From an uncultured bacterium (GTDB lineage Bacteria; Babelota; Babeliae; Babelales; Vermiphilaceae): a stretch of DNA of 64,000 bases. How positions within the stretch are numbered: the first letter of the stretch is position 1; every line of letters starts with the position of its first letter. This document shows positions 17,775 to 28,818 of the stretch, piece by piece. Made by a program: the position numbers and the translations under genes. The notes under the pieces are model-generated. The model did no database searches, was not told the DNA's origin, and worked only from the letters and a program-made list of their open reading frames with translations. The stretch lies in NCBI GenBank assembly GCA_963713925.1, contig OY970212.1, forward strand, positions 896,001 through 960,000, in the 5' to 3' direction.

Positions 17775-18842
17775 TTATATTCGAGATTCTGTTATAATAC
17801 CGGCACCCAAGCAACGATTTTCGTCATAAAAAACAGCAAATTGTCCGGGGGCTATTCCCTGATCGTCTTCTTGCAATGAAACCGAGTATTGCCCATTTTC
17901 TTGGGGGATAATTTGGCAGCCATATATTTTTGGTCCATGGCGCAATTTCACTCGAAGATCATTTTTTTCAGGAGCCACGCCGTCAAACCAATTCACCGAT
18001 TCAACTAAAAAGCTATTTCTCTTTTTATCTTCGGTGTAATAGGCCGAAGATACCGAAACGCGATTCGCTTTCGGGTCTTTATTGACCACATACCATGGTC
18101 CGCCTGAGAGCCCCAAGCCTTGCCGCTGTCCGATGGTGTGAAACCAAAAGCCTTGATGGGTGCCCAATTTCTTGCCGGTTTCAAATTCTATGATAGGCCC
18201 CGGGCGTTCACCTAAATAATGTTTTAAAAAATCATTAAATTTCAGTTTTCCCAAAAAACAAATGCCTTGGCTATCTTTACGATCTTTATTGGGCAAATTG
18301 AATTCACGTGCCAATGCGCGGACTTGCTCTTTTTTCATATTCCCAATGGGAAAAAAGGCCCGATTCAGCTGTTTTTTATTCAGATAACCGAGGAAATAGG
18401 TTTGATCTTTAATCTCGTCAGGGGAACAAAAGAGATGAGCCTGCCCATTGTTATGCTCAATCCAGGCATAATGCCCGGTGGCAATCTTGTCATATGAATC
18501 ATCGATATGATCAACAAAAAGGCCAAATTTGATCTGTTGGTTGCAGAGCATATCCGGGTTGGGGGTCCGTCCCTGTTTTACCTGGTCAACCACAGAGGAA
18601 ACGACCCGCTCATGGTATTCCTTTTGCAGGGAGACCACCTTCAAGGGTACATCAAATTGAGAGCAGACAGCCTCAATAAACGACAAATCTTCTCGCCAGG
18701 GGCAATTATCCCCCAGAAAGCTCAGTTCGTCCTCAAGCCAAATTTTAATGTAAAAAGCGGTCACCTGATGGCCCTGCTGCTTTAAAAGCGCTAAAGCCAC
18801 TGAGCTATCAACCCCGCCGGAAATAAGCATTGCTATTTTCAT
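17775..18842 (-). CDS. mnmA: tRNA 2-thiouridylase
   Basis: SGGVDSS, TPNPDMLCN, ATGHYA, KDQTYFL, DSQGICF, APGQFAVFY. Confidence 0.98.
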   Translation of the reverse strand: MKIAMLISGGVDSSVALALLKQQGHQVTAFYIKIWLEDELSFLGDNCPWREDLSFIEAVCSQFDVPLKVVSLQKEYHERVVSSVVDQVKQGRTPNPDMLCNQQIKFGLFVDHIDDSYDKIATGHYAWIEHNNGQAHLFCSPDEIKDQTYFLGYLNKKQLNRAFFPIGNMKKEQVRALAREFNLPNKDRKDSQGICFLGKLKFNDFLKHYLGERPGPIIEFETGKKLGTHQGFWFHTIGQRQGLGLSGGPWYVVNKDPKANRVSVSSAYYTEDKKRNSFLVESVNWFDGVAPEKNDLRVKLRHGPKIYGCQIIPQENGQYSVSLQEDDQGIAPGQFAVFYDENRCLGAGIITESRI

Positions 18843-19014
18843 AGTGAAAAACCTCATGTTTTACTATAGCAAAAACGAGAAAAAGCGCTATAACAACGCC
18901 TTTATAATACCGCCCCCCCCTCAAATTAGGTTTTTTCTTGCTTTCAGGAAAATCCACCTGATATAATTCAAATAGAAATACTATTAAGTGATTAAAAATT
19001 ATTCAGGAGTCATT

Positions 19015-19479
19015 ATGAAGCGGATTGTACTCATATGCACGGCCCTTTTTGCCGGATACGCACAGGCTGAAGTGTTTGTAAAAAACCACACAGACTACGA
19101 TATCGTAGTGCAAATAAGCTGGAAAGTTGCAGGAAGAACGTTCGAAGAAGGCTTCAAGGGAAATAAAATTAATGCACACACCGGAGGCTTTGTTACCGAT
19201 CCTCTCGGCAATAAAACGGAAGATCATGCGTGGACCAAGGTTCGTTACCAAGTAAAAGCGAACACATCCAAAAACCCTAAAAGCGACATCAAAGATTGGG
19301 TGCTTGTCTATGACACTACAACGGACCCCAAATTATCCGAATACAAGCGAAATAATTATGAGGCAGGCGGATACAGAAATCTCGACATTTTTACCCACAC
19401 TGACGAAAGAGGAAATCCCGTTTTTGATGTTTTAGATAGCGTGAGATTACCTGGAATCGATAGTGATACGGTTCAGTAA
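19015..19479 (+). CDS. Secreted hypothetical beta-rich protein
   Basis: AGGAG RBS; signal peptide ending AQA; VKNHTDY start resembles IRNQTDV of the next ORF. Confidence 0.8.
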   Translation: MKRIVLICTALFAGYAQAEVFVKNHTDYDIVVQISWKVAGRTFEEGFKGNKINAHTGGFVTDPLGNKTEDHAWTKVRYQVKANTSKNPKSDIKDWVLVYDTTTDPKLSEYKRNNYEAGGYRNLDIFTHTDERGNPVFDVLDSVRLPGIDSDTVQ

Positions 19480-19507
19480 AACAAGATTGGTAAAAAAAAG
19501 GAAACAT

Positions 19508-19945
19508 ATGAAAAAAATAATACTTTTACTGGCGCTTGCTGCGACGCAGGCGATTTATTCACAAACCAGAATCCGTAACCAAACAGACGTCACCCTCAAA
19601 GTTAAAATTAATTGGCTTAATGGAAATGTATGGAATGCTGACAATAGCGAAACAGTTATTATTAAGCCCGACGAAGCAATTAACATTTACAAGGATGGCC
19701 AACTTATCAAATATCATGTTCAAGTGTGGTATAACAAAGACGAAAATATACTTCCCTATGATGAAAAAGAAAATATAAATCCAGCATGGGAAAATAGCCT
19801 TACCCAAGCTGTCGACTATATTCTTCCAAACGGAACACTCAATCAAGCGATCCGTATTATCGGTTCTGTAGATCCAAAAACTCAAATCTTGAAGCCGAAG
19901 GTTATTAATAGACCTACGCTCGATTTAAATAACGAAGAAATTTAA
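19508..19945 (+). CDS. Secreted hypothetical beta-rich protein
   Basis: AAGGA RBS; MKKIILLLALAA signal. Confidence 0.8.
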   Translation: MKKIILLLALAATQAIYSQTRIRNQTDVTLKVKINWLNGNVWNADNSETVIIKPDEAINIYKDGQLIKYHVQVWYNKDENILPYDEKENINPAWENSLTQAVDYILPNGTLNQAIRIIGSVDPKTQILKPKVINRPTLDLNNEEI

Positions 19946-20004
19946 AAAAAGACCCCATATCAAGCGAATGCGTACTATGGGGCACAATTTAAAGGATTTC
20001 GGTC

Positions 20005-21273
20005 ATGAAGCAAAGAATTATAATAGTATTATTGGCAACATTCGCATTTTTCGCGCACATTGCGAATGCGGAGACACTTAATGCGATTCGCAACAATTTA
20101 GGCAGTGATTACGCCGTAACCATTAGCGGCCAAGTTTCAAAACCCATTCAGGGCTGGTGGTCTTCCGATATAGAACAGGGTCTTACGTTACCACAAACGG
20201 TACAAGTCGTTTATAAGGGAACACAATACAATATTGATCTGAAGCGAGAATTTGCCTTATCTTCCTGCGACGGAATTTCAATTTCAGCCGCTCCAACCGG
20301 GGCGAAGGAGAACCTTGCAGAACCAAAAACTATTTGTATTCCGAACGCTGAGTCGCAAATTGTTGGACAAAAAACTGATTATTACCAACGAATTTTACTG
20401 GCGCTTGATCCTAAAGCGACCGTGGTCGCAGATGAACTTCCCTTTAATTTCGCCATTTCATCATGGACAAGCACCAAATATCCTTGGTTTGATAAAAGTA
20501 ATCAAAGCAAGCAAACCGTTTCATTCGCTAATGATGATCAGGGAAACAGTTTCGCACCCTTGGCTGTCATGCAGGGATATGCCGCATGGGGAGGAGGTAT
20601 TCTACCTCGTAAAAATCATGGGTTTATCGGCCACATTTATAATGCGTCAGACTTGGCTCTCGCGTTCGTGAGAGAAGTTCAAGACACTGCAAGGACCGCG
20701 GCTGAATCTCTTGCAAACTTTAATTTCAAAAAAATCGTTCTTCCCTTCTCGGCTGTTCCTTTAGCTGGAGTATGGATTCCTAAAAATAACTCCGATCAAA
20801 TAAGTCTTAACGATAATCAAGTCTTTATTTATGCGATTTCCATAGGCAAACAACCACCGGTTGGGCCGTACAGTTTCATGACGGACGTCGCCGGAAAAGA
20901 TACGGATGTCGTGCAGAAGGACGTTAACGATATTATCGCAGATCGAGAAAAGAGTTTCCCAAGCCAAGTGGCTAAAATAACCGGACAACCGGACATCAAA
21001 GATTCTTTCTCCGACACCACGCGGTATAAGAGCAATTTCTTTTACAGCATCGCGACTAACGCCAAAGGAAAAGTAATCGTTACCACCTACAAGAAAGATG
21101 AAAAGGGCTCTACAGCACTGATTAGTTCAAAAGATGCCGGATTAGCAGTATTGCCGGGCGGCATATCGAACTACTTCAAGCTCATTGCGCGTCCAAGCAA
21201 CAACCCTGAAACCGAGGGGCCGCTTACTCTTGATCTAACTCAGCTCAAAGATCGTAAAAAATTATTTGAATAA
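20005..21273 (+). CDS. Secreted hypothetical protein
   Basis: 422-aa ORF with signal peptide ending ANA. Confidence 0.85.
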   Translation: MKQRIIIVLLATFAFFAHIANAETLNAIRNNLGSDYAVTISGQVSKPIQGWWSSDIEQGLTLPQTVQVVYKGTQYNIDLKREFALSSCDGISISAAPTGAKENLAEPKTICIPNAESQIVGQKTDYYQRILLALDPKATVVADELPFNFAISSWTSTKYPWFDKSNQSKQTVSFANDDQGNSFAPLAVMQGYAAWGGGILPRKNHGFIGHIYNASDLALAFVREVQDTARTAAESLANFNFKKIVLPFSAVPLAGVWIPKNNSDQISLNDNQVFIYAISIGKQPPVGPYSFMTDVAGKDTDVVQKDVNDIIADREKSFPSQVAKITGQPDIKDSFSDTTRYKSNFFYSIATNAKGKVIVTTYKKDEKGSTALISSKDAGLAVLPGGISNYFKLIARPSNNPETEGPLTLDLTQLKDRKKLFE

Positions 21274-21282
21274 GGAAAAGCC

Positions 21283-23136
21283 ATGAAAAGAATTATAATA
21301 AAATCATTCATTTCCGGCTTGAGCATCCTCGGGCTTGCAACAAGCGCGCATGCCGGACTTCTTTCGGGAATTCCTGAAGAGAAGCAAAAAAAGCCTTTGA
21401 ATGTCAGAATCATTCAAGGTAATCCCTCAACAAAGTATTCCGTTGTCGAGACAATTATTACCTCAAACCCAGCAAAAGCAGGTGATCCTAAAAAGCTCAT
21501 TCAACGTTCTGAATTGGGAACTATCGGACCGGAAGGAAAAGTAATTAATAGAAATCTTCCATTGCGTGTCCCACAACTTGGTTTTGACATTAAAAGCAAT
21601 TTGACTGACCTCGTGCCAGAAGTTGTTGGTGCCGTTTCTCCGAACCCGAAAGTGCAAGTGGCGGCCGCTGCTGCAGGTTCACTCGTTGAAGAAGGTCTCG
21701 CCTTCTTAAGCAAAGAGCTTAACAAAGGGTATGGCAATCAACAAAAAGAAATTCGCTTGCTCGAATTGATTCCATCACAATATTATGCGATTGACTCAAC
21801 AAACAACACCGTTGTTGTCAAAGACAATTTCAAGACTGATTTACCACTGTATCTGCAAGCACAAGCAAACATTGTACCTATCGCAAACGAATTAAATAAA
21901 GCAAAAGTTGAATACAATAAGATGTATCAAACGTGGCAAGAGCTTCAAAAGCAAAAGAAATTTGATGAGGCTGATGCATATGTTAATAAAATGGAGAACT
22001 ATCGAAATGGGACAGTTGTTCCGATTGAAAAACGCTTCATAACTGCTGCCCAAGCTGTTGAAAAATATTCTATGCACCGCATCTTGATCATGAACGATCC
22101 TGAAGGTTCAGATAGCTCCTGCCAAGGTGGGTTACAAGGTCGTTGGAACTTATTGCTCTATTTCTACTTGGGTGCAAAACAAACCAATAGAATTAAAGTA
22201 AGCTTCTGCGTTCCCAACACTGAAAAAGACCAAGGTCTTATCGTTGACTTGAAAAAAAATCAGCTCGTCACCGATAAAAATGGCGAGTTCAGATTAGAAG
22301 ATGGCGGTATTGCATTTAAATCAACTGATGATAAAAATATCACCTTCCCTGCTGATATTGAAGCGGGCAGAGTTGCATGGGATGCCCCACAATCCGAACG
22401 CATCAACTGGTTCCGAGAAATGGTAACCGGCGAAGGAAGTGACTTAAATGCCCTCATGTTCCCGTTTGATTTATTGAAAATCGCTAAAGACATGAAAGCC
22501 CAAGAAGATGAAGAAGGCAAAAAGCGCTGGGAAAAAACTCGCGCCGCTATCAAAAATCTGAAAGAACAAGGCGGCCTTCCGAAAAAAGAAGCTTCTGCGT
22601 TGGATGATTTAGCAGCTACAGCACCTGCCGGGGGAGCAAAGCCTGGTGACGAGCAAGGAAATCCTCCCGCTGGTGGAGAACCAGCAGCCGGTCAAAAACC
22701 GGGCGAAGCTGCTGGAGAAAAACCAAAAGAGGAACCAAAAAGCATATTGGATACCTTGGGGGGCCTTGCCGGGAAAGTAATTGAAAAAGCGCCGGCGATT
22801 ATATCAACCGGAAAAGAGATCTTCGGTGCCGGAAAAGACGTTATCTCCGCAATACAAGATAAGAATAAGAAAGATAATGAGAAGAAGGACGACAAGCCTT
22901 CTGCAAAAGACGAAACGTCTCAAACAACACAAAACTACTATGCCATACTTGGAGTGCCGCAAAAAGCAACGCAGGAAGAAATAAAGGATGCGTACAAAAA
23001 GTTGGCTCTCACAGAACATCCGGATAAAGGTGGGGATACAGAAAAATTCCAAAAAATTGTTGCCGCCTACGAAACACTCAAAGATCCCGAGAAACGCGCA
23101 AAATATGACGAAAGCCTAACGGAAGATCGTCCATAG
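21283..23136 (+). CDS. Signal-peptide protein with C-terminal DnaJ (J) domain
   Basis: NYYAILGV...[19 protein letters not shown]...[15 protein letters not shown]; signal ending AHA; Pro/Gly/Ala linker. Confidence 0.9.
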   Translation: MKRIIIKSFISGLSILGLATSAHAGLLSGIPEEKQKKPLNVRIIQGNPSTKYSVVETIITSNPAKAGDPKKLIQRSELGTIGPEGKVINRNLPLRVPQLGFDIKSNLTDLVPEVVGAVSPNPKVQVAAAAAGSLVEEGLAFLSKELNKGYGNQQKEIRLLELIPSQYYAIDSTNNTVVVKDNFKTDLPLYLQAQANIVPIANELNKAKVEYNKMYQTWQELQKQKKFDEADAYVNKMENYRNGTVVPIEKRFITAAQAVEKYSMHRILIMNDPEGSDSSCQGGLQGRWNLLLYFYLGAKQTNRIKVSFCVPNTEKDQGLIVDLKKNQLVTDKNGEFRLEDGGIAFKSTDDKNITFPADIEAGRVAWDAPQSERINWFREMVTGEGSDLNALMFPFDLLKIAKDMKAQEDEEGKKRWEKTRAAIKNLKEQGGLPKKEASALDDLAATAPAGGAKPGDEQGNPPAGGEPAAGQKPGEAAGEKPKEEPKSILDTLGGLAGKVIEKAPAIISTGKEIFGAGKDVISAIQDKNKKDNEKKDDKPSAKDETSQTTQNYYAILGVPQKATQEEIKDAYKKLALTEHPDKGGDTEKFQKIVAAYETLKDPEKRAKYDESLTEDRP

Positions 23137-23147
23137 AACACACAAGT

Positions 23148-23186
23148 TAAAGGCCGGTAAAACAAAGCAGTTTTACCGGCCTTAAT
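23148..23186 (+). terminator. Probable terminator
   Basis: AAGGCCGGTAAAAC...GTTTTACCGGCCTT hairpin. Confidence 0.7.
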
Positions 23187-23250
23187 TTTACCGGTACATA
23201 AAAATAGGTTATTCTAACTTTCGTATATTCCACTTTCATTTCGGACCATT

Positions 23251-24903
23251 ATGAATAGCATAGAACAGATTCAAAATTCCTTTCTTACCTTTTTAACCCA
23301 AACCTTCTCTATCGATCCCGAAACGGCTCGCACGTGTGCCCCTACCCTAAACACAGATGAAAATAAGGCTACATTTGGCGATCTCACTTCCAATGCGGCC
23401 ATGGGTTTAGCGAAATTAAAAAAGCAAAATCCAAGGATCCTGGCACAGCAAATCATTGATTCTTATAACCATCCCTTGGTGGAAAAGATAGAGGTTGCCG
23501 GAGCCGGATTTCTTAATTTTTACCTTAAGTCTGAAGCATGGACGACCGTTGCGCAGGAATTAGATCTTGAGAAAGCAACTTTTTTTAAGCCAGCAGACAT
23601 CACAAAATCATCCTATTCCCTGGAATTTGTGAGCGCCAACCCGACCGGCCCTCTTCATTTTGGCCATGGGCGTGGCGGGATTATTGGAGATACCCTTGCC
23701 CGCATTTTACGCTTTCTAGGCCATGGAGTCACAACAGAGTTTTATATCAATGACGCGGGAAACCAGATTAATAATTTGGGCGTGTCATTTAAAGCGCGCT
23801 GTTTGCAAGCGCTTGGACAAGACGTGAATGTCCCCGAAGACGGATATCATGGGCACTATTTGGTTGAACTTGCCCAACAACTTGTATCGGCCGAAGGTAA
23901 AGCATTACTTGAAAAAGAACAATCATTTTTTGAGCAGTATGCCAAAGCATACTTACTTGAAAAAATAAAATTAACACTTGAGCGCTATGGCATCGTGTAT
24001 GACGTCTGGTTTTCAGAAAAAACATTGCACGAAAAAAATGGAGCCATTGATCAGGCCATTGAAAAGCTCAAAAAATCGGGGCATTTGTATGAATCTGAAG
24101 ATGCGCTCTGGTTTCGATCAACCGCCTTTGGCGATGACAAAGATCGTGTTGTCAGAAAATCTACCGGGGAGTGGACCTATATCGCGGCCGACATTGCCTA
24201 TTTAGTCAATAAAGTGGAACGTGGACTCAACCCGCTTGTGATGGTGCTTGGTCACGATCATCATAGCTACGCAGTGCGCTTAAACGGAATTCGCCAAGCG
24301 CTTGGATATAATTCAATCTCACTCGATTTTATTTTGTATCAGCTGGTGCGTATGAAACAAGGTGAAGAACTCGTTAAACTTTCCAAACGTGCCGGCAACA
24401 TTATCAGCCTTGATGACGTTATCGATTCGGTTGGCACCGACGTCGCTCGCTTCTTTTATTTACATCGTAAAGCGGATGCGCATTTAGAATTTGATCTTGA
24501 ACTCGCAAAGAAAAAGACCGACGAAAACCCCGTCTATTACATTCAATATGCATATGTGCGCATCAAATCATTGCTTGCCAAAGCAGCAACCGATGATGCC
24601 TTTAAAAATATTAACACTCCCGACGCACACAACATAAGCATTGCGGAACATGCGTTGCTTAAAAAAATAGTGGCATTAAAAGATTTGTTGCTCAACATCA
24701 GCAGCAACTATCAAACGCATTTGATTAGCTACTATGCAATTGAATTGGCAGACTGTTATCATCGCTACTATAGTAACAATCGTGTCATCGACTCGAACAA
24801 TATTCCGCTCAGCCGTGCGCGCTTGTATGTCATGGGTATTGTGCAAGAAACCATGGGAACAGTGTTTGATTTGTTGGGTATTTCGAAACCGGAAAGAATG
24901 TAA
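23251..24903 (+). CDS. argS: Arginine--tRNA ligase
   Basis: EFVSANPTGPLHFGHGRG, YINDAGNQ, KLSKRAG, YIQYAYVR, C-terminal PERM. Confidence 0.98.
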   Translation: MNSIEQIQNSFLTFLTQTFSIDPETARTCAPTLNTDENKATFGDLTSNAAMGLAKLKKQNPRILAQQIIDSYNHPLVEKIEVAGAGFLNFYLKSEAWTTVAQELDLEKATFFKPADITKSSYSLEFVSANPTGPLHFGHGRGGIIGDTLARILRFLGHGVTTEFYINDAGNQINNLGVSFKARCLQALGQDVNVPEDGYHGHYLVELAQQLVSAEGKALLEKEQSFFEQYAKAYLLEKIKLTLERYGIVYDVWFSEKTLHEKNGAIDQAIEKLKKSGHLYESEDALWFRSTAFGDDKDRVVRKSTGEWTYIAADIAYLVNKVERGLNPLVMVLGHDHHSYAVRLNGIRQALGYNSISLDFILYQLVRMKQGEELVKLSKRAGNIISLDDVIDSVGTDVARFFYLHRKADAHLEFDLELAKKKTDENPVYYIQYAYVRIKSLLAKAATDDAFKNINTPDAHNISIAEHALLKKIVALKDLLLNISSNYQTHLISYYAIELADCYHRYYSNNRVIDSNNIPLSRARLYVMGIVQETMGTVFDLLGISKPERM

Positions 24904-24907
24904 ATAT

Positions 24908-25017
24908 ACCCCAAACTATCGCTAGCGCTCATTTGGGGGCCCCAGGAATTACCCCCATCTTCACTCTGTTACGATGGGGGACCCCCGGAAATGGGCTCCC
25001 ATGCGCCAGCATGGGAA
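24908..25017. repeat. Three adjacent family-A palindromes
   Basis: ACCCCAAA...TTTGGGGGCCCC; ACCCCCATC...GATGGGGGACCCC; GGGCTCCCATG...CATGGGA. Confidence 0.75.
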
Positions 25018-25068
25018 TAAAAAAAGTGTAAAAAAAGAGGTGCGATCTGTTTATATCGCACCTCTTTT

Positions 25069-25701
25069 TTATTCTGTAGCTATGTTATTTTTTCTTTGTA
25101 AATCTCTCAGTATTTTATTATATCGATCATTACGCCGAACCTCGAAGCACACTTTATCTAACATCTTTAATGCGGAATTTAATTGTTTAAGAATAGCTTC
25201 CAAAGATTGAATGGTGCTTTCCGATTCAAATTCCGATTTTGATTTTAGTTCCGAGATACTATTCTCAACTAATCTTCTCTTTCCTCTGATCCGGCTTGCT
25301 CTGAAACCTAATATACGATCTAAATCCTTAAAAAAGGCTCTCTCATTTTGGTTTACTTGCAATAAAGATAATGACTGCTCACGAGCGCGTTCATCTTCTG
25401 CGGCAAGAAAAGCTTCGACGAAAAGCTCGGTTTCATCGCGATATTTTTGCAAAGTTTCTTCTGCATTGCGCACAACTTTTTCTGCGGTGTTCAAACAATC
25501 CTTGAACAATTCGTCTTGAGTTTTTGCAACAGGCTTTGATTGTCCGGAAAAAAGTGGCGACAACACTAATCCTGCAATGCCTAATTTTATAACTGTACCA
25601 AGTCCACTCTTTTCGAAGAATTCAGTATCTGCCGCTTTAACTCTTGGCTGAATTGATGATAATCCAAGCCCTAATAAAACTATAAATTTTAATGATTTCA
25701 T
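25069..25701 (-). CDS. Secreted/membrane coiled-coil hypothetical protein
   Basis: AGGAG RBS; signal-like N-terminus plus one hydrophobic segment. Confidence 0.8.
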   Translation of the reverse strand: MKSLKFIVLLGLGLSSIQPRVKAADTEFFEKSGLGTVIKLGIAGLVLSPLFSGQSKPVAKTQDELFKDCLNTAEKVVRNAEETLQKYRDETELFVEAFLAAEDERAREQSLSLLQVNQNERAFFKDLDRILGFRASRIRGKRRLVENSISELKSKSEFESESTIQSLEAILKQLNSALKMLDKVCFEVRRNDRYNKILRDLQRKNNIATE

Positions 25702-25719
25702 AAAAACTCCTGACTATTT

Positions 25720-26421
25720 TTATTTTGTCGCAGACCACATAGTCAAAACACCGGCGCCAATCGCTCCCGCGATTGCGAGCAATCCCGCACCTGGAGCTAC
25801 ACGAGTTTTCCAGTCTTTGTTTGGACCGAAAGTACCCACAGCCAACGTTTTGCCAAAAGCACATCCGAAGGCGACTCCCGCTCCAGCAACACCGAAGCCC
25901 ATGCCAAATCGCATAGCTCGAGGAGTGATATCAACAACATGGCTTATTGTAACGCCCTGAGAGATTTTATCGGCTGCTTTTGAAAAATCTTTAATTGCTT
26001 CCGCAGTTTCCTTATCAATGCCCAAATTCACATTAATAGGCGCTCGTTGCGCAGTTTGGATCAATTGATTAGCTTCTTTGAAAAATTGAGGCATATAAAC
26101 ACTGCCAGCTTTCGATAGCAATTGAGAAACTCTTTTTTCCATTTCTAAAGTTTCTTTACCCATTTCCAATGTGACGGTTGATTTTGATAATGTCGTTGCT
26201 GCTGTAGCAAGGTCTGTTCCTAATTGGGTCAAACCCTCTTTTACCGGAACGGTGGCGTTATAAAGATTTGCCGCAAGTTGTTCCTGCATCATTTCCAATG
26301 CGCCTTTACCATATCCAGCTTGCGGATGAGGTGTTTGCGTCGATTGCGAATTAGGTGTTTGAGCTGCTTGCAATTGGTCCACTGCTGACAAACATGTGAG
26401 AGCTAAAATTAAACGTTTCAT
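25720..26421 (-). CDS. Secreted protein with a C-terminal Gly-rich hydrophobic hairpin
   Basis: GGAGG RBS; MKRLILAL signal; FGMGFGVAGAGVAFG and GAGLLAIAGAIGAGVL segments. Confidence 0.85.
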   Translation of the reverse strand: MKRLILALTCLSAVDQLQAAQTPNSQSTQTPHPQAGYGKGALEMMQEQLAANLYNATVPVKEGLTQLGTDLATAATTLSKSTVTLEMGKETLEMEKRVSQLLSKAGSVYMPQFFKEANQLIQTAQRAPINVNLGIDKETAEAIKDFSKAADKISQGVTISHVVDITPRAMRFGMGFGVAGAGVAFGCAFGKTLAVGTFGPNKDWKTRVAPGAGLLAIAGAIGAGVLTMWSATK

Positions 26422-26573
26422 AGTTTCCTCCGTAATAAATCTATTTATCTTAATAGTAACAAAGCAATCAGGGCCCGCAATACCTCCAGACTCCATTTGT
26501 TTCAGGCTGAAAATTTTAACCTGAAAAACAAAAAGCCTCTTGGATTCTCCCCCAAGAGGCTTTGGCTATTTTT

Positions 26574-26987
26574 TTATTCTTCTTTTTTTGAAACCTGCTT
26601 TTGTTCACCATCGATACAAAAAACAGCGTTTTTTAGTTTTTGTAAGGCCCCACACATCGACCATAGGGTAAGCGCCCCACCGATGATCACTGTCGTTTTT
26701 TGCAAGATATTTCCATATTTATTGAAAAAAAGTACAAAAGAATCAGTGGTTTGGATGCCCTTCCAAGCGTTACGCTTCACAGCAGCCTCGGCAACATTGG
26801 TCGCGTTATTTATAAGATGGTTTATAACATAGGTCGTTCCAGCCAAAAGAGTAGCGTTAATGCCATCTCCGGCAGCCTTAAAACTATTTTCAAGGAAAAT
26901 ATATGTTTTGCTTCTCGGTTTTTCGGCAGAATGTAAAAATCCGCCCCATAACCCTGCAAATATGATTATTTTGATAAGATTTTTCAT
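26574..26987 (-). CDS. Small secreted two-helix membrane protein (paralog family)
   Basis: GGAGG RBS; YIFLENSFK...IIGGALTLWS aligns with 27148..27606. Confidence 0.8.
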   Translation of the reverse strand: MKNLIKIIIFAGLWGGFLHSAEKPRSKTYIFLENSFKAAGDGINATLLAGTTYVINHLINNATNVAEAAVKRNAWKGIQTTDSFVLFFNKYGNILQKTTVIIGGALTLWSMCGALQKLKNAVFCIDGEQKQVSKKEE

Positions 26988-27147
26988 AGATACTCCCTCC
27001 ATTACCATATCCTAATCCTATTATTTCTAATTGTAACAAAATGGATGCTTTTGTCAACCTGGGATACGGGGCCAAAAATACCATTTTTGGGCATTAAAAA
27101 AGCCTCTCAGGCAACCCGAGAGGCTTTTTATCAAATATTTATGCAAA

Positions 27148-27606
27148 TTACTCTGTTTTCTTCTGTTCTTCTGAATCAACAAAGAAAATGGTATCAATAG
27201 CTGCTTTTGCAGTTTGATAGAGTGAATAGAGAGTTAGTGACCCACCGATAAGACCAGCGCCTATTCCAATGATCGCACGATTATTGTGCCAGAACTTTGC
27301 CCGATTATGTATTTTTGAAACTTTATCGATTCCATCAAAGATACCAACTGGTTCTGGGGTAATTTTAATCAATAAATCGGCTACTTGTTCATAACTAAAA
27401 TCGTTAGCAGCTTTGCAAATCAAGCCGGTAATACCTGCAGTGGCAGCGGTCGCCAATGCTAAAACCGAAGTTTTTAAAGCATTTTTGGTGAAAATGTATG
27501 CATTTTTCTTGAGAGAACCTTCATTCTTCGGTTGATTATCTTGTCCCGCAAACACTTGGCTTGCACACAATCCAGCAGCGATAACTGCCAACATTAAACG
27601 TTTCAT
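27148..27606 (-). CDS. Small secreted two-helix membrane protein (paralog family)
   Basis: AAGGAGG RBS; signal peptide; YIFTKNALKT...LIGGSLTLYS. Confidence 0.85.
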   Translation of the reverse strand: MKRLMLAVIAAGLCASQVFAGQDNQPKNEGSLKKNAYIFTKNALKTSVLALATAATAGITGLICKAANDFSYEQVADLLIKITPEPVGIFDGIDKVSKIHNRAKFWHNNRAIIGIGAGLIGGSLTLYSLYQTAKAAIDTIFFVDSEEQKKTE

Positions 27607-27686
27607 AGAGAAACCTCCTTAAAATTGATTTTAAACAATTACTATTCTAATTGTACAAGGCCTTGAGGAGTCGTCAAAAGCCCCCC
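27607..27686 (-). promoter_or_regulatory. Sigma70-like promoter and RBS block, duplicated at 28260-28340
   Basis: TTGACG-N16-TACAAT...AAGGAGG on the minus strand. Confidence 0.7.
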
Positions 27687-27758
27687 GATTCAAAAAAGGC
27701 ACCCCAAGTTTCCCTGGAGTGCCTTTGATCTATTTATCAATCGTTTGCAGATGATATT

Positions 27759-28259
27759 TTATTGATTTTTCAATACCTGAAGTTCAGCTTTCAATTGTTC
27801 AACTTTTGCATTATTTTTGGCTCTGTTGTGCCAATAAAGCACTTGAACCCCAACCCAAGCAAAAACTGATAGTGCTCCGGGAATGCAGGCTATTATGCCT
27901 TTTTTGTTCAAGGACTGGAATTCATTCCAAATATCAGCCCGCTCAGGTGCGTTAAAAGCATCCATCACAGGTGCAATTATGGGATCATTATCATTCAAAT
28001 CTTTTAATCTAGCTTGAAGTAAATTGACCTTAGAAGCAAGAGCACGTATCCAGTTAGCTGATCCTGCGACACCAATAAGTGCCGCAGCCGTCGATGGAAC
28101 GGTGTATTTTAACCATGTTCCAAAGCCATAAGAACTTGATTTAATCTCTGCCTCAAGTTGTGCTATTCTGAGTTTCTTTGCAGTTTCTGTATCGCTAGCA
28201 AAAGAGCTAGAGCCTGCACACAATCCGGCAACAATAGCTGCCAATAGTAAACGTTTCAT
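27759..28259 (-). CDS. Small secreted membrane protein
   Basis: AAGGAGG RBS; MKRLLLAAIVAGLCA signal; two hydrophobic segments. Confidence 0.85.
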   Translation of the reverse strand: MKRLLLAAIVAGLCAGSSSFASDTETAKKLRIAQLEAEIKSSSYGFGTWLKYTVPSTAAALIGVAGSANWIRALASKVNLLQARLKDLNDNDPIIAPVMDAFNAPERADIWNEFQSLNKKGIIACIPGALSVFAWVGVQVLYWHNRAKNNAKVEQLKAELQVLKNQ

Positions 28260-28340
28260 AGAGAAACCTCCTTAAAATTGATTTTAAACAATTATTACTC
28301 TAATAGTAACAAGGCTTGGAGATGGCGTCAAAAGCCCCCC
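28260..28340 (-). promoter_or_regulatory. Sigma70-like promoter and RBS block
   Basis: TTGACG-N17-TACTAT (TG-extended)...AAGGAGG; near-identical to 27607-27686. Confidence 0.7.
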
Positions 28341-28434
28341 CTCCCCGGAGAATCTACAATATCTCGATCCAGTATAAAAAAAGGCCCGGATTTCTAAATC
28401 CGGGCTATCAAATTCGTTTTAATTTCGCTTTTTT

Positions 28435-28818
28435 TTACTCTTTTTCTGAATCTTCCGAAGACAACATGTCATTAACTGATGTCATGGTCATATATCCAAA
28501 AAGAGCCGTCGCATTGATGCCAAAAAGAACTGAATAGATTGTGGAAATCATGTGATTTGCTTTTAAACGGAGCATTTCATGCCCGGGAGCAGCTACTTTA
28601 CGAATCATATCATTCACCTCAAAAGATTCTTGAAGAATGAGTCCGGTACCAGCTGCCACTACAACAGTTCCAACGGCACATGCGGTTGTCTTTAATGCAT
28701 TTTTCACAAACCGAGACACTTTTGAACTTTTGGATTGATTTGAACTCGAATTTTGCTCAGCAAAAGAAGTTCCCACGCATACTCCAGCAGCAATTATCGT
28801 CAACAACATACGTTTCAT
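28435..28818 (-). CDS. Small secreted two-helix membrane protein (paralog family)
   Basis: Signal peptide; FVKNALKT...AAGTGLI shared with 27148..27606. Confidence 0.85.
   Translation of the reverse strand: MKRMLLTIIAAGVCVGTSFAEQNSSSNQSKSSKVSRFVKNALKTTACAVGTVVVAAGTGLILQESFEVNDMIRKVAAPGHEMLRLKANHMISTIYSVLFGINATALFGYMTMTSVNDMLSSEDSEKE

Noticed and set aside
25069..28818. Integron cassette array
   Set aside because: No attC-like sites or integron integrase were seen, and the genes carry their own promoters and terminators.
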